Below, piece after piece: positions 1 through 8,504 of a stretch of 64,000 nt of DNA. The notes beneath the pieces are model-generated. The model was not told where the DNA came from, searched no databases, and was given only the letters and a program-made list of their open reading frames with translations. Positions within the stretch are counted from its first letter, which is position 1. Each line of letters opens with the position of its first letter. The position numbers and the translations under genes were made by a program. Origin of the DNA: Bdellovibrio sp. (GTDB lineage: Bacteria > Bdellovibrionota > Bdellovibrionia > Bdellovibrionales > Bdellovibrionaceae); NCBI GenBank assembly GCA_046318155.1, contig JBKCUU010000019.1, positions 1-64,000 of the forward strand. Direction: 5' to 3'.

Positions 1-566
1 GATGTAAGCGGTGCCTGCTTCCCCTTGCAGAAGCGGTGCGCCCTTTCAGATGTCGCAACCCTTCGGCCAGGGGAAGCCGGCACCGCTCCATTGTCGAAGG
101 ACATGCGCAGGCGGCGTGAGGGCTTCCAGACTTGATCGAGATTGATCCAGGATTTTTCGCCGTCTTGATCCTCGACTTGAGTCCAGCCGTCCTCACCGCC
201 GTGGTCGATGAACGTGCTGTAGCGATCGGCCACGCCCGCACGTGCGACAGCAAATTCCGAGCCGGGGCCGGTGCGAAGCCGAGCCGTGCGTGCACTCACC
301 ACTAAACATTTTAGGCGGCTCGAAACGTCATTGCTCGAAGCCCAATGTTTTTGCCCATCCAAGTCGACCACTTCATAAAAACCGTTCTTCGAGAAGCCGG
401 TCGATTTCAGAGGCATGTACTTAGGAACTTTCCATGACAGGGGAGCTGAGGCTTGCGGACTTGAGCGCAGGAGCGCGCCCGATCGGTGCACGCATAAGGA
501 GGTTTGCGCTTGAGCAAGAGAACCCCCGAGCACGCCCAGAACTAGAAAAAAGAAAATCAGCCGCAT
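1..566 (-). CDS. Secreted tandem bacterial SH3-domain protein (partial, runs off the left edge)
   Basis: Not in the ORF track because there is no stop in the window. Manual translation from ATG 566: MRLIFFFLVLGVLGGSLAQA (signal peptide), then LLRSSP..WKVPKYMPL..FYEVVDLDGQKHWAS and ARLRTGPGSEF..GWTQVEDQDGEKSWINLDQVW, two SH3-like repeats. Confidence 0.75.
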   Translation of the reverse strand, partial: MRLIFFFLVLGVLGGSLAQAQTSLCVHRSGALLRSSPQASAPLSWKVPKYMPLKSTGFSKNGFYEVVDLDGQKHWASSNDVSSRLKCLVVSARTARLRTGPGSEFAVARAGVADRYSTFIDHGGEDGWTQVEDQDGEKSWINLDQVWKPSRRLRMSFDNGAVPASPGRRVATSERAHRFCKGKQAPLT

Positions 567-619
567 AGGCTGATTTTCGGGAAAACAAACAAAAAAGACG
601 ACAGTCCTGAGGTCTGGTT

Positions 620-985
620 TTACTGGGCGGCGATCGTCTTCGATTTGAGGCACTGCTCAACTTGAGACAAAAGCTCGTCGGTCTTGCTAGAGAAGCGCTG
701 GACTAACTTTTCTTCACGCTCTTGGTGATTACGGAAGGCCACGGCTGATTTTTTCATGCCGACGATATCGGTTTTACGAACTGTTTTTTTGGAGTTCAAA
801 GTTTGGGCGTACTGATCAAGTGTCGAAGCCATCGATTCGTTTTTGCGAACCATCGAATCCAGCAACGCACTTTGTGCCTTTTGCATTGCACGCAAATCAC
901 TTGAGAGATCTGAGCACGACCGGGCTTCTGCCGTCGCGCCGACCGTTGCAAATAAAATTGCGATCCCTAGGATTGTCAGCTTCAT
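620..985 (-). CDS. Secreted helical/coiled-coil hypothetical protein
   Basis: Likely start MKLTILGIAILFATVGATAEA (signal peptide) at ATG 985; heptad-rich body with one Cys near each end. Confidence 0.65.
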   Translation of the reverse strand: MKLTILGIAILFATVGATAEARSCSDLSSDLRAMQKAQSALLDSMVRKNESMASTLDQYAQTLNSKKTVRKTDIVGMKKSAVAFRNHQEREEKLVQRFSSKTDELLSQVEQCLKSKTIAAQ

Positions 986-1270
986 GGTGTTCTTTAAAGT
1001 TCCCGGCATCATAAACTCCTGTCTAAGTTCTAGTCGTCTTCGTGATTTTTTCAGGCTGCTGAACTTGTCTTCAACGGTGCCCGTTTCCGTCACTCTCGCT
1101 TGAATCCTTAAGCGAATCGTGTGCCAAGAAACAAGGTCTGAAGCAAAGCTGATGCTCCTCAAAACAAAGAAGGCCTGAGAGTGTTCCCAAGCCTTCCTCA
1201 GTCATTGCAATTTGTAAAAAAAAGCTGTCAACGCCGTGACCAGCAACTTATTCAGATAGAAAAACCGCTT

Positions 1271-1738
1271 CTAGTTAAAACGGCGGTACGTGTTCTGAAG
1301 CAAATCGCCACGGGGGCAAACACCGCCATTCACGGGACCCATGTGAATGACAAACACATCAGGACCGAAGAAATCCAAAGGATACGCAACCGGTCCCACC
1401 GCGATGGGCGTGTTGCAATTTGAATTGCCTTGATTGGTGTTCAATACCAAAACGTTGCCATCAAAGTCGTAACGACCCGACGACCACACTTGGCAATTAC
1501 CACTTTGGTTGTAGGCCGAAAAAGCACCTTGGCGAAAGTTGATCTGAAAGCGGTCACGATGGGGATTAAAATTATCGGCAGGAGGAGCGCCCGAGCTGCA
1601 AGCATGACGCACAAGGTCCCACTCACCAACAAGTGTGGGCACAGGAGCAGGCGTACTATGCCCAGAATCCTGATCGGGATTGGCCCAGACTTCGATCGAA
1701 GCCATTAACATCACCAAAACTAAAGAGATTAATTTCAT
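1271..1738 (-). CDS. Secreted lipocalin-like beta-barrel protein
   Basis: Signal peptide, LVGEWDLV motif typical of the first strand of lipocalin-like folds, four Cys. Confidence 0.55.
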   Translation of the reverse strand: MKLISLVLVMLMASIEVWANPDQDSGHSTPAPVPTLVGEWDLVRHACSSGAPPADNFNPHRDRFQINFRQGAFSAYNQSGNCQVWSSGRYDFDGNVLVLNTNQGNSNCNTPIAVGPVAYPLDFFGPDVFVIHMGPVNGGVCPRGDLLQNTYRRFN

Positions 1739-1789
1739 AAATCCTCCTGGCGATGATCATCCCGGCCCAAATTGGGGCCAATCAACACA

Positions 1790-1833
1790 AAAACCAAAAA
1801 GAAACGGCCGCTCTGCATTATGGGGCGGCCGTT
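1790..1833 (-). terminator. Probable intrinsic terminator downstream of the PuuD-like gene
   Basis: Minus strand: AACGGCCGC...GCGGCCGTT 9-bp stem followed by TCTTTTTGGTTTTT. Confidence 0.65.
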
Positions 1834-1847
1834 CAAGATTGTTGATG

Positions 1848-1903
1848 GGTCGATCGACTTCGTCGCTCTCCTTATCGGTCGATCGACTTCGTCGCTCTCC
1901 TTA
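1848..1903. repeat. Exact 27-bp direct repeat (2 copies, 29-bp period)
   Basis: GGTCGATCGACTTCGTCGCTCTCCTTA at 1848-1874 and 1877-1903; the second copy includes the stop codon of the 1901-2608 gene. Confidence 0.9.
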
Positions 1904-2608
1904 GAGCGTCACTTCAAGCAAAACATAAAGAACGGCAATAAGAGCAAAACCCGCAATCAAGGTGTTGCGTAGAGTTTGCAAAACGCCGGCTTTGCCTTTG
2001 AGCCCCCAAAACACAAGTCCGGCCCAGATCACGCCGAACAAAATCCAGAACAGGCCCATTTTTGATTCTTCACGCAGCGCAAACGGCAAGTGGCTGGCCG
2101 CGCCCATAAAGAACAACATGGGAATCGAAAGCACGGTGTTGATTCGCGACGTCACCATCGCTCGCGCTCCCGCAGGCGCGGCACTGGGCAGGGCGGCCCC
2201 GCCTTGAGAAACCAGAGTGGCCGATTGAATAACGACTTTTTGATTGGGCCAAATCACGAACCAAACATTGGCCCACATGGTAAGACCCAAGATCGAGCCT
2301 ATGGTGATGATCAGTCCGTAGCTGGTCATCAAGTAATCATGAAGCGAAGGAAACTGCATGATACGATGACCGAGATACAAAACACCCGTTAACATCGTGC
2401 CCATTGCGCCCCATCGAAACCACCATAAAGCCTTGGGCAAAAGCTTGGTCTGCAAAGAGACTTTCGACGGCGCATCGGCCTCGGCCATGTAAGCGCCTTG
2501 CACGAAATTAAAATAATAAAGATGCCCGATCCAGATCACACCAAAAAAGTAGTGTAGCCAGCGGATCAAAAACATCAGCCCATTTTCGCTCAATAGCGTC
2601 CAACTCAT
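1901..2608 (-). CDS. Urate hydroxylase PuuD-like (Urate_ox_N) membrane protein, no cytochrome c domain
   Basis: RWLHYFFGVIWIGHLYYFNFVQ, ALWWFRWGAM, MWANVWFVIWPNQK, SRINTVLSIPMLFFM motifs; multiple TM helices; no CxxCH. Confidence 0.7.
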   Translation of the reverse strand: MSWTLLSENGLMFLIRWLHYFFGVIWIGHLYYFNFVQGAYMAEADAPSKVSLQTKLLPKALWWFRWGAMGTMLTGVLYLGHRIMQFPSLHDYLMTSYGLIITIGSILGLTMWANVWFVIWPNQKVVIQSATLVSQGGAALPSAAPAGARAMVTSRINTVLSIPMLFFMGAASHLPFALREESKMGLFWILFGVIWAGLVFWGLKGKAGVLQTLRNTLIAGFALIAVLYVLLEVTL

Positions 2609-2644
2609 TGCGTTGTCTCCTGAAGGCGCAAAGCGCCTTCTGTT

Positions 2645-3301
2645 TTAGCCCAACGATTTTATCGCCGGGGAAGGTTTTCTTGATGTCGACGAAATGAAAG
2701 ATTCAAAATCTTCGCGCATCTCGCCTTCGGTCCAATGAACCAAGAGGCGGGCCACGTAGATCTTACCGTTTTCAACATGTTTTTTTGCGGGCTGCCTGTC
2801 CGCGCTCTCAAAGAAATGCAAAAATGTCGAAGCCGTCGCCAAAAGAACATTCACGACAAACTGAGTTTCGTCATCGTTGTCGATCATTTTCATCCAGCCC
2901 GCCTTGATCCAGCGGCGGTACATCAATGTCATCAACTTGAGAACTTTGGCGATGTGAGCTTTCCACATCTTGTTGAGCTGAGAGTCTTTTCTCCGAAGGT
3001 AATACATCTCACGATGAAAAAATCGGTATTTCCAAAACAGTTCAAAATTACGCTCGATCAACACCAGAGGGTGCGCCAGCTTTTCGCCTTTTTTGGTGTG
3101 CCAAATCGAGTAAGTTTCTTGGCACATGCTTTTAAAAATTTGGCGAATGATTTCTTCTTTATTGCGAAAATGAAAGTAAAGATTTCCAGGACTGATGCCC
3201 AGTTCTTTCGCGATGTGATTGGTCGTAATCGCGACGACTCCGCTTTTATTGAAAAGTTCTACGGAGGTCAGGATAATCTTGTCTTTGGTCTTCATGCGCA
3301 T
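2645..3301 (-). CDS. TetR/AcrR family transcriptional regulator
   Basis: N-terminal HTH: TTNHIAKELGISPGNLYFHFRNKEEI. Confidence 0.9.
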   Translation of the reverse strand: MRMKTKDKIILTSVELFNKSGVVAITTNHIAKELGISPGNLYFHFRNKEEIIRQIFKSMCQETYSIWHTKKGEKLAHPLVLIERNFELFWKYRFFHREMYYLRRKDSQLNKMWKAHIAKVLKLMTLMYRRWIKAGWMKMIDNDDETQFVVNVLLATASTFLHFFESADRQPAKKHVENGKIYVARLLVHWTEGEMREDFESFISSTSRKPSPAIKSLG

Positions 3302-3395
3302 TCGTATTTAACAAGGTACGATGATAAAAAACAAGCATCAGGAGGCTTTTTCTCTTGCCTGATTGAGCCCCCCCCCATCAAGCTGAAGATTAGTT

Positions 3396-4751
3396 ATGAG
3401 AAAAACACACCAGACATGGCCCTCGACAGGCCGGCCCTACCGGCCAAGATTCAGATTCAAAAGGCGGCTCCTGGCGCTGTTCATGTTTCCGTGGGTCATG
3501 ATGGCCTGCATCTGGTGGTGGCTCGGAAGCGATGAGCGCGAGATCAAACAACTCGAGATCTCCGAAACCAAAAAAGTTTCGGAGATCTCGGAAGTCCGCG
3601 GCCGCCTGGCAAAAGAGCTCGGTCCTTTTTTCTTGCACAGCCAGTTTCCTGAAAAGACCGAGATGTCCTGGGGTGGCAAGACTAAAAACGTTCAGATCGA
3701 CTACAGCATCGACGCGGATCTGCAAAAAGAAGCCGATCGACTTTTGAAGTCTTACCGTCCTGATTACGGCTCGGTTGTCGTGATGGATGCGCTCACGGGC
3801 CGGGTGCTTGCGATAAGCACCTTTCAAAAAGGCGATCCCCTTGCGCCGAACTTGGCCTTACGTGGGACCTTCCCCGCTGCGTCCATTTTCAAAATCGTCA
3901 CGGCAACGGCCGCGGTTGATAAATACAGTCTTTCACCCGAGACCATCGTCATGTTCAATGGCGGGAACTACACGCTCTACAAAAAGAACGTCATGGAAGC
4001 AAAACGCAACCGCTGGTCGCGCGATATGACGATTCGTGAAGCGTTCGCACGTTCGATCAACACCGTGTTTGGCCGTCTCACTTTAGAGCACTTGCAGCCT
4101 GGCGATCTTGAAGAGTACGCCGTTCGTTTTGGCTTTAACAAAAAAATCGAAAGTGATCTTCCGTTCGATACGGGCTTCACCGAGATCCCGCACGAGAAGG
4201 CTTATCACTTGACCGAAATTGCGTCCGGCTTCAATAGGGTCACCACCATGAGTCCGCTCCAGGGAGCGATGATTGCCGCGTCCGTTGCCGGATCAGGCAA
4301 AATGATGGTTCCGACCATTGTCGACCGTATCCGTGACGATAACGGTGATATCTTGTACCAGTCCGAGCCCGTGACAGCTGCCGTAACCATGACGCCCGAG
4401 GGAGCCGAGCGTCTCAAAAAAATGATGGGCTCTACGATTTCGCGCGGAACCTCTTCAAAAGCTTTCCGCCCTCTGATGCGCGATAAAAAATTTCGCGAAC
4501 TTGAACTCGGCGGCAAGACAGGCTCTCTCACAGGAGACAACCCCCGCGGCAAAGTCGACTGGTTCGTGGGGTACGCCATCGGCGGCGCCGACAGCCGACT
4601 GGCCATCGCCGCCATCACGGTCAACGTCAAAAACTGGACCGTCAAATCCTCACACTTGGCGCAGAGTTTGTTTCGCAAGCACTACAAAGACCAATTCAGC
4701 GAAAGAAACGAAAAATTCTTCAACGCCTCGAACCATAACAACGAAGATTGA
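3396..4751 (+). CDS. Penicillin-binding protein, transpeptidase domain with N-terminal membrane anchor
   Basis: SxxK (SIFK), SxN (SIN) and KTG (GKTGS) motifs; single N-terminal TM helix. Confidence 0.85.
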   Translation: MRKTHQTWPSTGRPYRPRFRFKRRLLALFMFPWVMMACIWWWLGSDEREIKQLEISETKKVSEISEVRGRLAKELGPFFLHSQFPEKTEMSWGGKTKNVQIDYSIDADLQKEADRLLKSYRPDYGSVVVMDALTGRVLAISTFQKGDPLAPNLALRGTFPAASIFKIVTATAAVDKYSLSPETIVMFNGGNYTLYKKNVMEAKRNRWSRDMTIREAFARSINTVFGRLTLEHLQPGDLEEYAVRFGFNKKIESDLPFDTGFTEIPHEKAYHLTEIASGFNRVTTMSPLQGAMIAASVAGSGKMMVPTIVDRIRDDNGDILYQSEPVTAAVTMTPEGAERLKKMMGSTISRGTSSKAFRPLMRDKKFRELELGGKTGSLTGDNPRGKVDWFVGYAIGGADSRLAIAAITVNVKNWTVKSSHLAQSLFRKHYKDQFSERNEKFFNASNHNNED

Positions 4752-4775
4752 CCCAGGGTCGATCAAAAGACTCGA

Positions 4776-5216
4776 TTAATGAGTTGCGGGCTCGTTCAAT
4801 GCATCAGCAGCTTCGTCGCCAGCATCTTGTGCTTTGTGCTTCATCTTCTTTGCTTTGCATTCCATTTTGCCGTTGACCATTTCGCAAGTTTTGTCTTTGA
4901 CCTTGCGAATAGTTTTCTTTGTTACTTTTTTCACGTCACGGCCAGCTTCTTTTGGATGCTCAGTGACTGAGCCCTCTTCGGCTTGAGATGTTTGGGGGAT
5001 CGCCAAAGCACCCAATCCAAAAGCCAGCAAGACTGCAGGCAAGATTTTCGGAGATCGTCCTTGGAGCAAAGACACCAAGAAGCTCAAAACAGCCAAAACT
5101 AAGAATACAATCAACAGAGTTCGACCGATATCAACCGATAAACCGGCAAAGCCCGTAGCACCCAAAAGCATCGCGACCAAACCAATCACAAAAAACAAAA
5201 TCGCTGCGCGTAACAT
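4776..5216 (-). CDS. DUF1328 (UPF0391/YtjA-like) membrane peptide fused to a secreted-type Lys-rich domain
   Basis: AAAGGAG RBS then MLRAAILFFVIGLVAMLLGATGFAGLSVDIGRTLLIVFLVLAVLSFL, followed in frame by an internal signal-peptide-like stretch (..SQA/EE) and KVKDKTCEMVNGKMEC. Confidence 0.7.
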   Translation of the reverse strand: MLRAAILFFVIGLVAMLLGATGFAGLSVDIGRTLLIVFLVLAVLSFLVSLLQGRSPKILPAVLLAFGLGALAIPQTSQAEEGSVTEHPKEAGRDVKKVTKKTIRKVKDKTCEMVNGKMECKAKKMKHKAQDAGDEAADALNEPATH

Positions 5217-5453
5217 ACTCGGTCTCCTTTTTTCTTTCAAAGTTAAACTTGGGCCATGCCTCAAGCACTGTTCACCAGCCTCCTTACTACAAAGGCGTTG
5301 CCAGCTCCAAAAACGGGACAAATCAAAACAAGAGGACTTGAAGCTGAGCGGTGGGGCGAAACGGGATTCATCGAACTGAGAATTGGGCAGAAAAACGAAT
5401 TTCCCCTATCGAGGTTCTCTCGAATTTGTGATCGACTCGTCGGCGGGGGGGGG

Positions 5454-6017
5454 TTACTCTTGCGGAGGCTTCTGAGGTCTTTGCAACTGTGGTTGATCCT
5501 CTTCGATCACTTGCGCCTTTACATCAATAACATTGGGGTCATACGTTGGCCTTGCCGAGCTCGCATTTCGAAAGGCATTCGGATCAAAACCATTTTTTCC
5601 AAATCCACCTGTCTTGAATGCAAACCCATAAGAACCCATCGGACCCGGCCGCCCAAAACCTTTGACCAACTTGTCCGCCATCTTTTTGTACAGAAGCCAA
5701 ACGAACAAGTGCCTGAAGCCAGGAAGGAGCAACAACGCCCCTGCTAGATCCGTCATCATCCCTGGGAGGATCAGCAAAAATCCACCAAAGCCCATCAAAA
5801 TACGGTGGACAATCCGATGACTGGGCATCTGACCCGACTGAGCGGATCGCTGAAATTCTTCGACAGCGCCTGCGCCCTGAAGTCGTAAAACATAAAAACC
5901 CACGATGGCGCTTAAGATGCACCATAAAATAGCGTCACCAAAACCAAAGTTTGAAATAAACTTCCACCAAAGCATGATTTCAAGAGCTGGGTATAAAATA
6001 AAAAGCAAGAATGGCAC
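5454..6017 (-). CDS. fxsA: FxsA family membrane protein
   Basis: LYPALEI...GGFLLILPGMMTDLAGALLLLP motif; likely GTG start at 6017 overlapping the xth stop. Confidence 0.8.
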   Translation of the reverse strand: MPFLLFILYPALEIMLWWKFISNFGFGDAILWCILSAIVGFYVLRLQGAGAVEEFQRSAQSGQMPSHRIVHRILMGFGGFLLILPGMMTDLAGALLLLPGFRHLFVWLLYKKMADKLVKGFGRPGPMGSYGFAFKTGGFGKNGFDPNAFRNASSARPTYDPNVIDVKAQVIEEDQPQLQRPQKPPQE

Positions 6018-6784
6018 TAAAACTCCAACACGGCCGAAACGGGGCAATGATCCGAACCCTCAACATCGTCATGAATATGCGCAGACTTGAGGTGTGGCAA
6101 AAGATTTTCGGTGATGCAAACGTAATCAATCCGCCAGCCGCGATTACTGATTCGAGCCAGCTCGCGGTAAGACCACCAACTGTAGCGGTCCTTTTCTTCA
6201 GGATGAAAGTGGCGAAAGGTATCAACAAATCCGAGCGCCAGGAAAGAATCAAACCACGCCCGCTCTTCGGGCAAAAAACCGCTCTCTTTTGAAAGTCGAA
6301 CGGGATCATAAACATCCCTCTCTCGGTGAGCGACATTGTAATCACCCACGATGATGATTTTTTTGCCGTTCTTGATTTGCGAAACAAGATGCTTGTTTAA
6401 ATCTTTGAGAAACTGCTGCTTGTAAAGGTGCCTGACATCCCCAGACCCACCATTCGGGAAGTAGATGTTGTACAAATCAAATTCAGATAATGAGGTGATC
6501 ACGATTCGTCCCTCAGAATCATAATCGGTCTGTCCCCACCCGCGGAGCAACTCATTCACTTTTTGATTATAAAACGTCGCAACGCCCGAATAGCCCTTAC
6601 GAACAGCCGAAGACCAAAACGAGTTTTGGTACCCCAACAATCGAGCTCCCTCTTCGACCTGTTCCATGTGCGCTTTCGTTTCCTGAAGACAAAGAAAGTC
6701 GGGGCGCTCGCGTGTGACAAAATCGCTGAGACCTTTCTTGTAACAAGCACGGATTCCATTGACGTTCCACGACACGATTTTCAT
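6017..6784 (-). CDS. xth: Exodeoxyribonuclease III
   Basis: SWNVNGIRA, LQETK, GDYNVAH, GWRIDY, SDHCPV motifs. Confidence 0.95.
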   Translation of the reverse strand: MKIVSWNVNGIRACYKKGLSDFVTRERPDFLCLQETKAHMEQVEEGARLLGYQNSFWSSAVRKGYSGVATFYNQKVNELLRGWGQTDYDSEGRIVITSLSEFDLYNIYFPNGGSGDVRHLYKQQFLKDLNKHLVSQIKNGKKIIIVGDYNVAHRERDVYDPVRLSKESGFLPEERAWFDSFLALGFVDTFRHFHPEEKDRYSWWSYRELARISNRGWRIDYVCITENLLPHLKSAHIHDDVEGSDHCPVSAVLEF

Positions 6785-6832
6785 AGTCCATCCTTCTTGG
6801 CTTATTTTTAGAAGTCAGGCAACAATGTTCTT

Positions 6833-8005
6833 ATGAAAACCCGGCGCCGGCTGCTTGATCATCTCCAAGCAAAGTACCCCGAACTCGATCCTTCGCAGCT
6901 CGAGGCCCTCACGGCCGAGCATCTTGTTTCTGACCACGTCCTGAAACTTCCACGGAGCGTCTGGCATCAAGCGCAAATTTTTATATTGGCATGTCAGGAA
7001 TTGCGACACTCCCCCACTTACCAAAAGGCCTTAGAACCCGAGGCGGCAGCAAGGCAACTCAAGGATCCCGGCAATGAGGCCATCGCCATGTCGTATGACT
7101 TTCACCTGGGACCTGATGCAAATCTAAAGCTGATTGAGATAAACACAAACGCTTCTTTTTTGGCTTTGAGCGATGAGCTGTACGAAAGCCTTCAGATCAA
7201 GAAGCCCAATCCCGAATTTTCGCGTGACGCTTTTCAAGCCTGCATTGAAACCGAACTCGAAAGCTCGATCGGGCTTCGTCAGCCTGCTCGGGCCGCCATC
7301 ATCGATGAGGCGCCGCAAGATCAAAAACTTTTTATCGAGTTTTTGGTTTATCAGCAGTGGTTCAAATCCTGGGGCTGGACGACCGAAATCAAAGACTCGT
7401 CCTCGGATCTTCAAAATTTTCAGTTTGTTTACAATCGCGATACTGATTTTTATCTTGAACAACCACGATTAAACAAATTGCGCGCCCTCTGGCTCGAGAA
7501 AAAACTTTGCTTGTCGCCGCATCCTTACCAGTACTTGCTTCTTGCCGACAAACAACGGCAGGTTGAATGGTTCCGTCCTGGTTTTTTTGAAGACATGGGC
7601 CTTTCTGTCGAAATATGCACGACCCTTCGCCGTCATCTACCTTTTGTGCATGAGCTGAACGCGAGCTCGGCCGAAAACTTATGGGCTCAGAAAAAAAGTA
7701 TTTTTATAAAACCCAAGCGCTCCTTTGGAGCGAAACAAACCTTCCGCGGAGGTTCGGTGTCGCGAAAAATGTTTGATCATCTGATTTCACAAGACTTGAT
7801 TGCACAGGAGTTTGTTCCAGCTCCCGAAATCGTGGTCGACGTGCACGGACAAGCAACCCCGCTTAAGTACGATTTAAGGTTCTATACTTACAAAGGCGAA
7901 ATTCAAACAGCCGTCGCACGCTTGTACCAGGGGCAGGTGACAAATCTGCGGACTCCCGGCGGAGGCTTTGCTCCGATTATGTTCGAAGATTCTCAGAAAT
8001 CATAA
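6833..8005 (+). CDS. Circularly permuted ATP-grasp / glutathione-synthetase-like putative ligase
   Basis: YDFHL..LKLIEINTNA near the N-terminus; FIKP, IAQEFVP, KYDLRFY and RLYQGQVTNLRTPGGGFAP at the C-terminus. Confidence 0.65.
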   Translation: MKTRRRLLDHLQAKYPELDPSQLEALTAEHLVSDHVLKLPRSVWHQAQIFILACQELRHSPTYQKALEPEAAARQLKDPGNEAIAMSYDFHLGPDANLKLIEINTNASFLALSDELYESLQIKKPNPEFSRDAFQACIETELESSIGLRQPARAAIIDEAPQDQKLFIEFLVYQQWFKSWGWTTEIKDSSSDLQNFQFVYNRDTDFYLEQPRLNKLRALWLEKKLCLSPHPYQYLLLADKQRQVEWFRPGFFEDMGLSVEICTTLRRHLPFVHELNASSAENLWAQKKSIFIKPKRSFGAKQTFRGGSVSRKMFDHLISQDLIAQEFVPAPEIVVDVHGQATPLKYDLRFYTYKGEIQTAVARLYQGQVTNLRTPGGGFAPIMFEDSQKS

Positions 8006-8354
8006 GCAGACGCTGGCGCATTTCGTCGAGACGCTGAGGCTTTTCAAAATAGCCAACGGCACCCAGATCAAGCGCTCGGCGCTCGCTCATGTTGGTGTGG
8101 GCTGACAGAAAAACCAAAGGAATCTCAACCCGCCGGTTTTGCAACTCTTGGAGAAATTGTAGGCCGTTCATTTTGGGCATATCGACATCCGAAACGATCA
8201 GGTCAAATGACCTGCTTTCAAGTATCTTGAGGGCTTCGAGTGCATGACTTGCCGTGACGACGGCCTGGCCTTCGTCCTCAAAGTAATCGCGAAGAACTTC
8301 GAGAAACTCCAGGTCATCATCCACGAATAAAATTTGAATTCGATGGTCTTGCAT
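7977..8354 (-). CDS. Single-domain response regulator (receiver)
   Basis: ILFVDDD, DLIVSDVDMPKMNG, FLSAH, YFEKP. Confidence 0.9.
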   Translation of the reverse strand: MQDHRIQILFVDDDLEFLEVLRDYFEDEGQAVVTASHALEALKILESRSFDLIVSDVDMPKMNGLQFLQELQNRRVEIPLVFLSAHTNMSERRALDLGAVGYFEKPQRLDEMRQRLLMISENLRT

Positions 8355-8391
8355 TTGAAACCTCTTTTACAGGTTCTCAAACAACGTCGAT

Positions 8392-8421
8392 CTTAAGCAA
8401 TTGTTAACCTAAACATAACTG
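8392..8421. promoter_or_regulatory. 11-bp-periodic direct repeats, possible OmpR/PhoB-family (Pho-box-like) site
   Basis: CTTAAGCA att GTTAACCT aaa CATAACTG, about 40 bp upstream of the receiver gene. Confidence 0.35.
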
Positions 8422-8504
8422 AAAACAGGATCAAGACCAAGCTCGACTAAAATAAGTTGAGGCTCGACCTTAGCCTAGAAAAAATAAATATAAATCTGTT
8501 TAAA

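Noticed and set aside
1..300. GC-richer start of the window as a foreign or mobile fragment
   Set aside because: It is the continuous reading frame of the SH3-domain gene; no transposase, integrase or terminal repeats were seen.
2735..3535. 266-aa plus-strand ORF
   Set aside because: Antisense to the TetR gene and overlapping the PBP start; no protein features.
5445..5453. G9 homopolymer beside the fxsA stop
   Set aside because: Non-coding and downstream of the stop; no evident functional consequence.
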